Shown here: in pieces, positions 52,793-60,822 of the stretch
Layout: every line of letters begins with the position of its first letter
How positions within the stretch are numbered: position 1 is the stretch's first letter
Virus record (IMG/VR): IMGVR_UViG_3300022752_000038
Span: 31,042 to 95,041 of that record
DNA from: a virus
Reading direction: 5' to 3' (one strand)
DNA length: 64,000 bases
Position numbers and translations under genes: made by a program
Notes under the pieces: model-generated
What the model saw: only the letters and a program-made list of their open reading frames with translations
Told to the model about the DNA's origin: nothing
Databases searched by the model: none

Positions 52793-52933
52793 ATGGGAAG
52801 AATTGATATTCGTCAGATCGAACAATACGATGACGAATCTGTCTGGTTTCAAAAGATCAAAAAGAAGAAACCAGCTTCAGAACAACAAGACAATCAACAG
52901 CCTAAAGTAAAGCCAGATAAACGTAAAAAGTAA
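52793..52933 (+). CDS. Small basic protein (46 aa)
   Basis: Hand-translated MGRIDIRQIEQYDDESVWFQKIKKKKPASEQQDNQQPKVKPDKRKK. Confidence 0.5.
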   Translation: MGRIDIRQIEQYDDESVWFQKIKKKKPASEQQDNQQPKVKPDKRKK

Positions 52934-52934
52934 C

Positions 52935-52942
52935 ATATTTAT
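52935..52942 (+). promoter_or_regulatory. ATATTTAT motif (class B)
   Basis: Upstream of ATG 52955. Confidence 0.55.
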
Positions 52943-52954
52943 AGATAAAAGAGT

Positions 52955-53509
52955 ATGATACGTTTAAAAGATCTTATCACAGAAGCTCAAATCACAGAGC
53001 ATTTACGATACCATATTAGCAAGGGTATATCTATACACGATAACGTATTCCGTTACGGGTCAGAAGCATATTGTAATTTAATGCTAGAAGCCAAACGTTT
53101 GTTGCGTGAAGGTAAATTGGAAACTGATGTGTATGACCGAGAGGTATTGTCTACCGATATCGGCGAATTTGGTTTATACGAGGGAGTGCGTGTACCATTA
53201 GACCTGCCAATGACAGAAGCAGAATATCAAGGTAAAGACGTGGACCTCAATAAACCAAAACGCGGCGGAGCTCGTAAATACTATGTGTATGTACGTAATC
53301 CAAAGACGGGCAATATCAAAAAAATATCATTCGGCGATACTACCGGATTGAGTGCCAAAATACGTAATCCAGAAGCACGTAAATCTTTTGCTGCACGCCA
53401 TCAATGTGATAAAAAGAAAGATCGTACCAAAGCTGGATATTGGGCATGTAATTTGCCTAGATATGCAAAGGGATTGGGTATGGGTTCTAACATGAATACT
53501 TATTGGTAA
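52955..53509 (+). CDS. Putative head-internal protein with leader
   Basis: MIRLKDLITE leader; basic C-terminal domain KYYVYV...SFGD...RKSFAARHQC...GYWAC. Confidence 0.6.
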   Translation: MIRLKDLITEAQITEHLRYHISKGISIHDNVFRYGSEAYCNLMLEAKRLLREGKLETDVYDREVLSTDIGEFGLYEGVRVPLDLPMTEAEYQGKDVDLNKPKRGGARKYYVYVRNPKTGNIKKISFGDTTGLSAKIRNPEARKSFAARHQCDKKKDRTKAGYWACNLPRYAKGLGMGSNMNTYW

Positions 53510-53787
53510 TGCATCCATATACAGAACGTGTTAAAGGTTTAGTTTCTTATCGTACATTTGCAGCTGATACTGATGAAATGGATTTGATCTGGCATCGGGA
53601 CGCTGAAGATCGTTACGTAGAAGCACTACATGAGACGGATTGGCAATTTCAAATGGATAACGAATTGCCGGTACCGTTTAATGGTATAATCTATATTCCA
53701 AAAGAAACTATACATCGTGTAATAAAAGGAACCGGCGAATTACGTATAGCTATACATCGATGGGATGCTAGTTTTCAATACGATTAA
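53509..53787 (+). CDS. Cupin-like small protein
   Basis: WHRD.EDR, WQFQMDNELP, IP....HRVIKG. Confidence 0.6.
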   Translation: MHPYTERVKGLVSYRTFAADTDEMDLIWHRDAEDRYVEALHETDWQFQMDNELPVPFNGIIYIPKETIHRVIKGTGELRIAIHRWDASFQYD

Positions 53788-53794
53788 CTTTTAT

Positions 53795-53827
53795 TTGTTA
53801 ATTTAAATGAAAGTTCATATATTAATG
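53795..53827 (+). promoter_or_regulatory. Class A bipartite promoter (degenerate)
   Basis: TTGTTAA at 53795, ATATATTAAT at 53817; ATG at 53829. Confidence 0.5.
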
Positions 53828-53828
53828 T

Positions 53829-54167
53829 ATGAACTATATCATTGCAATACTATACGGCATATTAGCCCAGATAATTACTTTTTTACAATTACAAGGGCCG
53901 TATCGATTTGAATCTTTACGCAATCATCCCAACTTGTTACTGCTTGTAGCAGTACCGATAGCTTGGCTGTTTACCAAATCAACACATTACTTTTATATAG
54001 CCTCTGGAGGCGAGCTTTGGCCCGGTAGGCTTATCGGATTTGGTATTGGTATGATTGTGTTTAGTTTAATGACAAACTTGTTATTTAAAGAGGTATTAAC
54101 GGCTAAGACATTGGTAACTATTGGTCTATCAATCATTATAGTCTGTATACAAATCTATTGGAAATAA
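53829..54167 (+). CDS. Small four-TM membrane protein (SMR/DMT-like size)
   Basis: 112 aa, four hydrophobic segments. Confidence 0.65.
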   Translation: MNYIIAILYGILAQIITFLQLQGPYRFESLRNHPNLLLLVAVPIAWLFTKSTHYFYIASGGELWPGRLIGFGIGMIVFSLMTNLLFKEVLTAKTLVTIGLSIIIVCIQIYWK

Positions 54168-54176
54168 TGTACATGT

Positions 54177-54184
54177 ATATTTAT
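54177..54184 (+). promoter_or_regulatory. ATATTTAT motif (class B)
   Basis: Upstream of ATG 54200. Confidence 0.55.
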
Positions 54185-54199
54185 AAGAAAGGATAACAC

Positions 54200-55084
54200 A
54201 TGCCGAATACATCAAATTATTTTGATAATGTTACTATAGGACAATTTGTGTTAACAGGTGTACCTGTAAAAGTTTATGTCGATGGCACATATCTAACAAT
54301 TACAGATCCTGATGATATTGAAGATTCTATTTACGGGTTTGGAATTGATGATGACGGCGCTGTGCATAATTTCGATTATCGTATGATCGATCATCTGCTA
54401 GTGGCCAATCAGCATTTAGATTTTGAAACATATAAAAAGGCGATGGAGCCAAAAGCTCCTGCCGCTCCTGCATCAGCTGCAGAAAAAAAGCCTGAAGAAG
54501 AAAAGACGGGAACACCGGAAGAACCTAAAAAAGAAGAGAGTGTAATGAAACTTAAATCCTTGATCAAAAACAATGTACTTGAAGATGTCGCTGCAGATAA
54601 AAAGAAACTAGTGGATCTTAAAAAACAAAAGACAAAATTAGCTAAAGATATAGCAACACTCACTTTAAGTGTTGCCGATGAGGAAGCTAAAGCAGCTGAA
54701 GCTGGCGTCACTGAAAATAGCATAACTAGTTTATCTGAACCGTATACTATTAACGTAGGCGATATGATTCAAAACACTAATACAAGTTGTCAACATTACG
54801 GATCGACAGGCATTGTACAAAGCGTAACAGCGCTGCCAGATGATATGGGCGTAGTAGCTAAATACGTCGTAACTAATTCGGGCGACACATATGCTCCAGG
54901 TGATATTTTAACAAAGACCATAGACCAATTAGAACCTATGGATTACGAAGAAGAAGATTATGATGATATGAGTGATGAGATGGATGACTGGGACGTGACC
55001 ATGGCAGACGGACTAGATGATGATGATGACTATGTCGACTACGAAGAAGAAGATGAAGATTACGAAGAAGAGGATGAAGATTAA
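54200..55084 (+). CDS. Modular hypothetical protein with internal leader and highly acidic tail
   Basis: Internal MKLKSLIKNNVLE at 54545; DYEEED repeats at the C-terminus. Confidence 0.65.
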   Translation: MPNTSNYFDNVTIGQFVLTGVPVKVYVDGTYLTITDPDDIEDSIYGFGIDDDGAVHNFDYRMIDHLLVANQHLDFETYKKAMEPKAPAAPASAAEKKPEEEKTGTPEEPKKEESVMKLKSLIKNNVLEDVAADKKKLVDLKKQKTKLAKDIATLTLSVADEEAKAAEAGVTENSITSLSEPYTINVGDMIQNTNTSCQHYGSTGIVQSVTALPDDMGVVAKYVVTNSGDTYAPGDILTKTIDQLEPMDYEEEDYDDMSDEMDDWDVTMADGLDDDDDYVDYEEEDEDYEEEDED

Positions 55085-55764
55085 TGATTCGTTTACGTGA
55101 CATAATAACCGAATCGGCACAGCCGCAGTTTGAGCCAATAAAACTAGGATTCAAGTTTGATGACTATGAGCCACATTTTGATGCCGAGACTATGCGTACG
55201 CATTACAATAAACATTACAAAGGCTACATAGAAAAACTAAACAAGGCCGTAAAGGACGAACGTATACCGATAGTAGTTAATCATGATGAACTCGATATAC
55301 GGCCAATGTTATCATCAGTTAGTCAATATAGTGCTACGGTTCGTAACAACGGCGGCGGATATTACAATCATACGTTATTTTTTAATAACCTCAATCCAGA
55401 ACATAAAGGTAAGATACAAGACGGACAACTTAAAACGTTAATTGAAAAGCAATGGAAATCTGTTGATAAGTTTCAAGAGGCGTTTACGCAAGCGGCACTA
55501 GACTTGTTTGGTTCTGGTTGGGTATGGCTAATGTATAACAACGGTATGTTAAATATCGCTACTACTGCTAATCAAGATAATCCATATATGGATATAGTAC
55601 GTATATCAGGCGATATATTATTAGGTTTAGATGTTTGGGAACATTCCTATTATCTCAAATACAAAAACGACCGCGAACGATATGTTAACGCATTTTTTAA
55701 ATTAATATGCTATCAAGCAGCTGAAGAACGTTTAGAACGTAGTATTAACAAATCTACATATTAA
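55084..55764 (+). CDS. sod: Fe/Mn superoxide dismutase with leader peptide
   Basis: HYNKH, NNGGGYYNH, FGSGWVWL, NQDNP, DVWEHSYY; N-terminus MIRLRDIITE. Confidence 0.95.
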   Translation: MIRLRDIITESAQPQFEPIKLGFKFDDYEPHFDAETMRTHYNKHYKGYIEKLNKAVKDERIPIVVNHDELDIRPMLSSVSQYSATVRNNGGGYYNHTLFFNNLNPEHKGKIQDGQLKTLIEKQWKSVDKFQEAFTQAALDLFGSGWVWLMYNNGMLNIATTANQDNPYMDIVRISGDILLGLDVWEHSYYLKYKNDRERYVNAFFKLICYQAAEERLERSINKSTY

Positions 55765-55770
55765 TGGACA

Positions 55771-56004
55771 GTGATAGTAAAACGCAGCAATACAAAACGA
55801 AAATGGTGGACAACAACGGCATTAATGCTCGCGATGTTTTTCAATCCATTCGGTTTCGACGCATTATTTGCGCTCATCATGGACTGGACGGGTTCATATT
55901 GGATTACGGACGCCGTGTTCTATGGCCTCTCGGCATTATGCTTTGGATGTTATTTACTGCTCTCACGTAACACAGACTATGAAACTACACGAAGCACGCG
56001 GTAA
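55771..56004 (+). CDS. Small membrane protein
   Basis: GTG start; two hydrophobic segments, FFNPFGFDALF. Confidence 0.55.
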   Translation: MIVKRSNTKRKWWTTTALMLAMFFNPFGFDALFALIMDWTGSYWITDAVFYGLSALCFGCYLLLSRNTDYETTRSTR

Positions 56005-56494
56005 GAGACTTTTCGTCTTTGATTTTGATGATACATTAGTACATTCAGAAGCATTTGTCTATGTTAACAAGCAAGACGGAAGTAGAATACAAATGACACC
56101 CGCAGACTATGCAGTGTATCGTCCAGAGTCTGGAGATCAATTTGATTATTCTGATTTTAATCGTATGTTACGTAATCCGAAAATTATCAAAGACAATGTA
56201 CGACTAATGAAATTGGCTATGCGAAATCCTACAAACAAAGTTACTATATTAACGGCCCGGGCGTTAGCATTTCCTATACGTCATTATTTTAAAATGGAAC
56301 ATGGTATACAGCCGTATGTAGTTGCGTTAGGTACTGGAAATCCTCAAGCAAAGTCTGGATGGATTGCCGATCACTTAGACAAAGGATATACAGACGTATT
56401 TTTTATAGACGATTCGCCTGCTAATGTAGCGGCAGTACGATCACTATCAAAACAATATCCAGACGCTAGAATTAGATCAATAATTGCTAAATAA
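55979..56494 (+). CDS. HAD-superfamily phosphatase-like protein
   Basis: VFDFDDTL, ILTAR, K, FIDDS..N; likely start MKLHEARGK at 55979. Confidence 0.8.
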   Translation: MKLHEARGKRLFVFDFDDTLVHSEAFVYVNKQDGSRIQMTPADYAVYRPESGDQFDYSDFNRMLRNPKIIKDNVRLMKLAMRNPTNKVTILTARALAFPIRHYFKMEHGIQPYVVALGTGNPQAKSGWIADHLDKGYTDVFFIDDSPANVAAVRSLSKQYPDARIRSIIAK

Positions 56495-56508
56495 AAATAA
56501 AGTGCTAT

Positions 56509-57648
56509 ATGAAACTAAAAACAATTGTTAAGGAGATACTTTCAGAAATTACTTTAATGTCTGGTGATGCGAGCACTGATACATCATGGAGTGCACTGAG
56601 ACAGTTATCACGTGAATGGCCAGGATTTAATAAAACTATGGAGATAGCATATAGCCGAGATTGGACCAATATGGGCACGGGCTGGGATGATGATGTGGAT
56701 CGTTCGTATGATCCTACACATGCCAAAGTACGAGCTTTCATAAAAGATGCAGCAGTTGATAGTCAAGGATCGTTGTATATTTGTAGGTATAAATATGATG
56801 ATCGTATAAATCATGTATTATTTAATTTAGCGGCTCCTAATCTACGTACGATGTATGTCGGGAAGATTGAAACAAATGCTAGTACTGGCGAATACAGTAT
56901 GAAGACATTGTTTGGTATAGATTCGCAAGTAGTGCACTGGAGTATGGTCACTGATGAATATAAAGGTAAAAAGTACGGTGCATTTTTATATGATACACTG
57001 TTGTACATGTACGGAGTGTTAGAAAGTGATACTATTTTATACTCAGGAAGCCTCAAGATGTGGATGCATCATTTGTTTAATAAGGGACGATTAGGTGCGG
57101 CCACAATTAATTATTCCGTTAGTAGCGGAACGCAATCAGGCGATAAAGTATTAGTATTACCAATATCGGCACGTGAAGTACAAGACAAATCAATATTAAA
57201 AGATATAGGATCTATAGTAGTATTTCATTCGAACATACCACCACAATTATCCAAATTAATTAAACTTACCAAAGGACTTAGCGTCTTTAATGATTCATTG
57301 AGTATCATGTATGCCAATATCAATATAGATGAATTAGGATTTGTAGTTTCAATTGAACGTACCCGAACCAATGCTCCATTGTATTCTGATCAGGCAGATG
57401 CAAATCCAGAAGAAAACTATTCATTGTTAGACTATCTGGAAGTTTGTAGTTTTTCAGAATTATTGTCGGTACATAACGGCATACGACTTAGTAAAGATAG
57501 TACGGTTACTGAAGAACTAATAGCTCCCGATGTAGAATATTGGAACGAGCCTAAACAAAACAAAACAAAAAAATTGATTGTTTATGCAAATAATGGCATC
57601 TTGGTAGTAGAACCTAACGGTGATAATGTTAAATATACGTTGATATAA
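56509..57648 (+). CDS. Putative head-internal protein with leader and GNAT-like segment
   Basis: MKLKTIVKEILSE leader; YKGKKYGAFLY..ESD....GS.KMW. Confidence 0.5.
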   Translation: MKLKTIVKEILSEITLMSGDASTDTSWSALRQLSREWPGFNKTMEIAYSRDWTNMGTGWDDDVDRSYDPTHAKVRAFIKDAAVDSQGSLYICRYKYDDRINHVLFNLAAPNLRTMYVGKIETNASTGEYSMKTLFGIDSQVVHWSMVTDEYKGKKYGAFLYDTLLYMYGVLESDTILYSGSLKMWMHHLFNKGRLGAATINYSVSSGTQSGDKVLVLPISAREVQDKSILKDIGSIVVFHSNIPPQLSKLIKLTKGLSVFNDSLSIMYANINIDELGFVVSIERTRTNAPLYSDQADANPEENYSLLDYLEVCSFSELLSVHNGIRLSKDSTVTEELIAPDVEYWNEPKQNKTKKLIVYANNGILVVEPNGDNVKYTLI

Positions 57649-57692
57649 TGCTATAAATTTGGTAGGCCTAACATGAAAACAAAAAGTAATGT

Positions 57693-58262
57693 ATGATAAA
57701 GCTAATTAAAATAATACAAGAGTCATCTAGGTCTGGCGCAATGACTGGTACACAGGAAAAAGGTCTGAATACCGGACTACGTGTAATACACACGAAGTAT
57801 GCAGATGAATACAGAGATCCTATAACACCACAAACACCTCACAGTGAAATTAACTACGGCGGATGTGGGATATTTGCAAAACTACTTTATTACAATCTAC
57901 GCAAATATCTATCTGTCACTCCGGACATCGTATGCTTTGATTTTCCTTCATCACGTCCGTTACCACGTGGAGGAATAAACGAGTACAAAAGTTTAGGTGA
58001 GTTTAACCAGTATGGGTTTACATGCGTTCATATAGCATTAAAAATTAAAGATTATTATATTGATTCCTCTGGGGTACATAAACTTCAGTGGTTTAAAAAG
58101 CAATACAATATGAATTTAGTAGAACATACAGGAATGTCTATACAAACATTAAGCAGATGGGTTGCTACTGGAGATGATTGGAATAATACTTTTGATAGAT
58201 ACACAATTGGTGATATTAATACGGATTTAGTAACTCTATTCAAAAAAATAACCAACAAGTAA
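57693..58262 (+). CDS. Putative head-internal protein with leader; possible papain-like C/H/D triad
   Basis: MIKLIKIIQE leader; INYGGCGIFA...HIAL...YIDSSG. Confidence 0.5.
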   Translation: MIKLIKIIQESSRSGAMTGTQEKGLNTGLRVIHTKYADEYRDPITPQTPHSEINYGGCGIFAKLLYYNLRKYLSVTPDIVCFDFPSSRPLPRGGINEYKSLGEFNQYGFTCVHIALKIKDYYIDSSGVHKLQWFKKQYNMNLVEHTGMSIQTLSRWVATGDDWNNTFDRYTIGDINTDLVTLFKKITNK

Positions 58263-58263
58263 C

Positions 58264-59796
58264 ATGCCGTATACATATAAAAAACAAGGCAATAAATACT
58301 GCGTCTATAAAAAGGATGGTGGAAAGCAAGTAGGATGTACTACAGGCACTAAAGCCGCGTTGAAACGTTACTTATCAGCACTTCATATGGCAGAGACTAG
58401 CGAATCATTGCAACAGACATTAATAGAAACAGAAATGATTCTAGAAGATCTCCGCGCCTGGTTTGGTAAAGGTGGTAAAGGTGGAGTAGGCGGAGGCGGA
58501 TGGGATCGTTACAATAGCAAAGGTGATCGAGTTGGTAAATGTGGTGATGCTGATGAAGGCGATGCATATGCAGCTTGTCTAAGCAAAGAAAAGGCGCGTA
58601 AGTTAGGAAAAGCTGGTCGAGCCGCATTTGTTAAACGTAAAAGAGCTGCACAACGCAAAGGTGGTGATGCCGTAAAGGGTGGAGAACAATCAAAAGGTCA
58701 AAAACCAATAAAAGTGAAAACAGGTATAAATGAAATCGGCGAAGCATCAGCGAGGCCATACAAATATAAAGTAGATTTTGAGGAAACTGATCCTGAATTT
58801 TCAGAGATACAGTACAAGTTTAAAACTGACTCAAATCTAGAATATCAAATAGCAATAGCTCAGGTCAAACCGCTACGCAATAGTAAAAACGTTCGATTAG
58901 TAGTAGCTTTTAGGACTACTCAAGGTACTTATAACACTGATACAAATAGGAACGAACAATTCAGAATAATGGCTACTGTGGTAGCAGCAACTAAAGAGTA
59001 TTTGTCCAAAACACCAAATGTTACAGAAATAAGTTTTACACCATCAAAAGCAGATATGGGTGATATGCGCCGGGCAAACTTATATAAAGCATATATTGCA
59101 AAACAGATACCGGGCGCAAAAATAAATATATTTAGTGATGGTAGATATGTAGTAACTTTACCAAAAGTAAAAAAAGAGAATTTAGATCCCAAAACATTTA
59201 AAGATACAGGAAAATCATCTCCATATGGATCCGGCTATCAAGCCATAAGAGAATATACTCCTAGTAATCCAGGTAATATCGATAAAGCTATACGAGAAAT
59301 AGAAGCATTAGGTATACGCAATCCAATCAACCCTAAAGAAATAGTAATAGATAATTCGGTTATAATCGAAGTTTCGAATTGGGACAAACGTTTATGGTTT
59401 TCTAGTTTGTATTCAATTGAGCGCGGACAAGGTAATGCAACTCGAATAATGCAGAAAATTGTAGATATCGCTGACAAATATAAAGTTACTATTGCATTAG
59501 ATCCACATCCGTTCGGTACAGGTACGGGAAGATTATCTAGGTCACAGCTAGTTAAATTTTACAAGAAATTTGGATTTGAATTCGAAGATGGTCAAGAAGA
59601 TTTTGGTGACATGGAACGTATAGCTGAACGCATCAATTTATTTGTTGAACGTAATATTCCCACTAACCCAGAGAAATGGTCTTACTATAAATCACAAGCC
59701 AAAAAGAAATTTGACGTATATCCATCGGCATATGCTAATGCATGGGCCGCTAAAATGTATAAAAAGGCAGGCGGCGGCTGGAGAAAAGGAAAATAA
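58264..59796 (+). CDS. Multi-module putative head polyprotein including a GNAT-like domain
   Basis: Modules separated by hydrophobic-x-E sites; RGQGNATRIM...LVKFYKKFGF; C-terminal YPSAYANAW..K.YK..GG. Confidence 0.65.
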   Translation: MPYTYKKQGNKYCVYKKDGGKQVGCTTGTKAALKRYLSALHMAETSESLQQTLIETEMILEDLRAWFGKGGKGGVGGGGWDRYNSKGDRVGKCGDADEGDAYAACLSKEKARKLGKAGRAAFVKRKRAAQRKGGDAVKGGEQSKGQKPIKVKTGINEIGEASARPYKYKVDFEETDPEFSEIQYKFKTDSNLEYQIAIAQVKPLRNSKNVRLVVAFRTTQGTYNTDTNRNEQFRIMATVVAATKEYLSKTPNVTEISFTPSKADMGDMRRANLYKAYIAKQIPGAKINIFSDGRYVVTLPKVKKENLDPKTFKDTGKSSPYGSGYQAIREYTPSNPGNIDKAIREIEALGIRNPINPKEIVIDNSVIIEVSNWDKRLWFSSLYSIERGQGNATRIMQKIVDIADKYKVTIALDPHPFGTGTGRLSRSQLVKFYKKFGFEFEDGQEDFGDMERIAERINLFVERNIPTNPEKWSYYKSQAKKKFDVYPSAYANAWAAKMYKKAGGGWRKGK

Positions 59797-59798
59797 AT

Positions 59799-59831
59799 TT
59801 GGATTCGTATTCCAAATTACTTATATTTAAG
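59799..59831 (+). promoter_or_regulatory. Class A bipartite promoter
   Basis: TTGGATT at 59799, TTATATTTAAG at 59821; GTG at 59834. Confidence 0.75.
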
Positions 59832-59833
59832 AA

Positions 59834-60049
59834 GTGAATATGGACAATTATATAGATCTAACTATAGAAGAAATTTACGAGATTATCACCTCAGGAAAAC
59901 AGTACTGGCCGAAGCATATGTCAACTACAGATAAGCTTGAATTGCTAGATACCATTACAAGTTATTTTGCAGACCGCGATGACTTTGAAAAATGTATACA
60001 TTTACAAAAGATAGCCGATGAAATACGAGATACGAGCAAAGCAAGTTGA
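59834..60049 (+). CDS. Hypothetical protein (UvrB/C-motif-like C-terminus)
   Basis: YF..RDDFEKC..L. Confidence 0.55.
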   Translation: MNMDNYIDLTIEEIYEIITSGKQYWPKHMSTTDKLELLDTITSYFADRDDFEKCIHLQKIADEIRDTSKAS

Positions 60050-60200
60050 TGTTTTAGAATATGAAAATGATGATCCGTACGCCGTTTATGAATTATCAGT
60101 ACTCGAATATAGTACTGGTAAAACCGTACGGCAATTAAAGGTTATAGGAGATGCTGAACTCGATAATGCATTAGAAGTATTAGTTAATAGTTATGTCTAA
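60018..60200 (+). CDS. Hypothetical protein
   Basis: 60 aa bridging its neighbours with overlaps. Confidence 0.4.
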   Translation: MKYEIRAKQVDVLEYENDDPYAVYELSVLEYSTGKTVRQLKVIGDAELDNALEVLVNSYV

Positions 60201-60435
60201 ATCTAGAACACGTAAGATAAAAATATTTTTACATGATGATTCGGTCAATTCATTTACCAATGTCATCACTATCTTGACACATGTACTGCCACATTGCAAT
60301 CCATTACGTGCAGAATCTATTGCAATGATTACACATACTGCTGGTAAGTGTCAAATATTTTACGGTCGATTCGATGAATCTATTTATCTGTATTCGCAAC
60401 TAGTTAAACATGGATTACATGTCTCGGTACAATAA
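60193..60435 (+). CDS. clpS: ClpS-like N-degron adaptor
   Basis: IFLHDDSVNSF..VI..L...A..IA..TH..GK..I..G......L...GL. Confidence 0.78.
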   Translation: MSKSRTRKIKIFLHDDSVNSFTNVITILTHVLPHCNPLRAESIAMITHTAGKCQIFYGRFDESIYLYSQLVKHGLHVSVQ

Positions 60436-60436
60436 T

Positions 60437-60469
60437 TTTGAAGTTACATATAAAGTTTATATATTAAAG
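60437..60469 (+). promoter_or_regulatory. Class A bipartite promoter (degenerate)
   Basis: TTTGAAG at 60437, ATATATTAAAG at 60459; ATG at 60471. Confidence 0.55.
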
Positions 60470-60470
60470 T

Positions 60471-60821
60471 ATGATTACAAATATTATAGTAAATTTACAA
60501 GTAGAAGGAATGCATAACTGGCCAAATGCCAAACGCGTGTTCCCGGATGTAGGATTTTTATCTGATCTTCATAGACATATATTTCATTTTCAATTAAAGA
60601 AACGTGTTAATCATGATGATCGTGATGTAGAATTCATTAGGTTCAAACGAGACGTGCAAGACTATTTGCATCTTAAGTATTTCACAGAAGAACATCGATG
60701 TCATTATTTTGGACCTATGTCATGTGAAATGTTAGCTAAGGAATTAGTAGAATATTTTGATTGTGTATATGTCGCTGTATACGAAGATAATGAAAACGGC
60801 GCAGAAGTTATCGTAGATTAA
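60471..60821 (+). CDS. QueD-paralog T-fold protein (DpdL-like, putative CDG decarboxylase)
   Basis: EG.H.W, FLSDLHRHIF (LxxxHRHxF), RDVEF, SCEM.A, V.EDNENGA; lacks the QueD CxxxHG motif. Confidence 0.75.
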   Translation: MITNIIVNLQVEGMHNWPNAKRVFPDVGFLSDLHRHIFHFQLKKRVNHDDRDVEFIRFKRDVQDYLHLKYFTEEHRCHYFGPMSCEMLAKELVEYFDCVYVAVYEDNENGAEVIVD

Positions 60822-60822
60822 T

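Noticed and set aside
3797-59830. Short + strand ORFs in alternative frames (3797, 9582, 17086, 19587, 20018, 32724, 55764, 59642)
   Set aside because: Almost fully overlap better-supported genes and show no motifs
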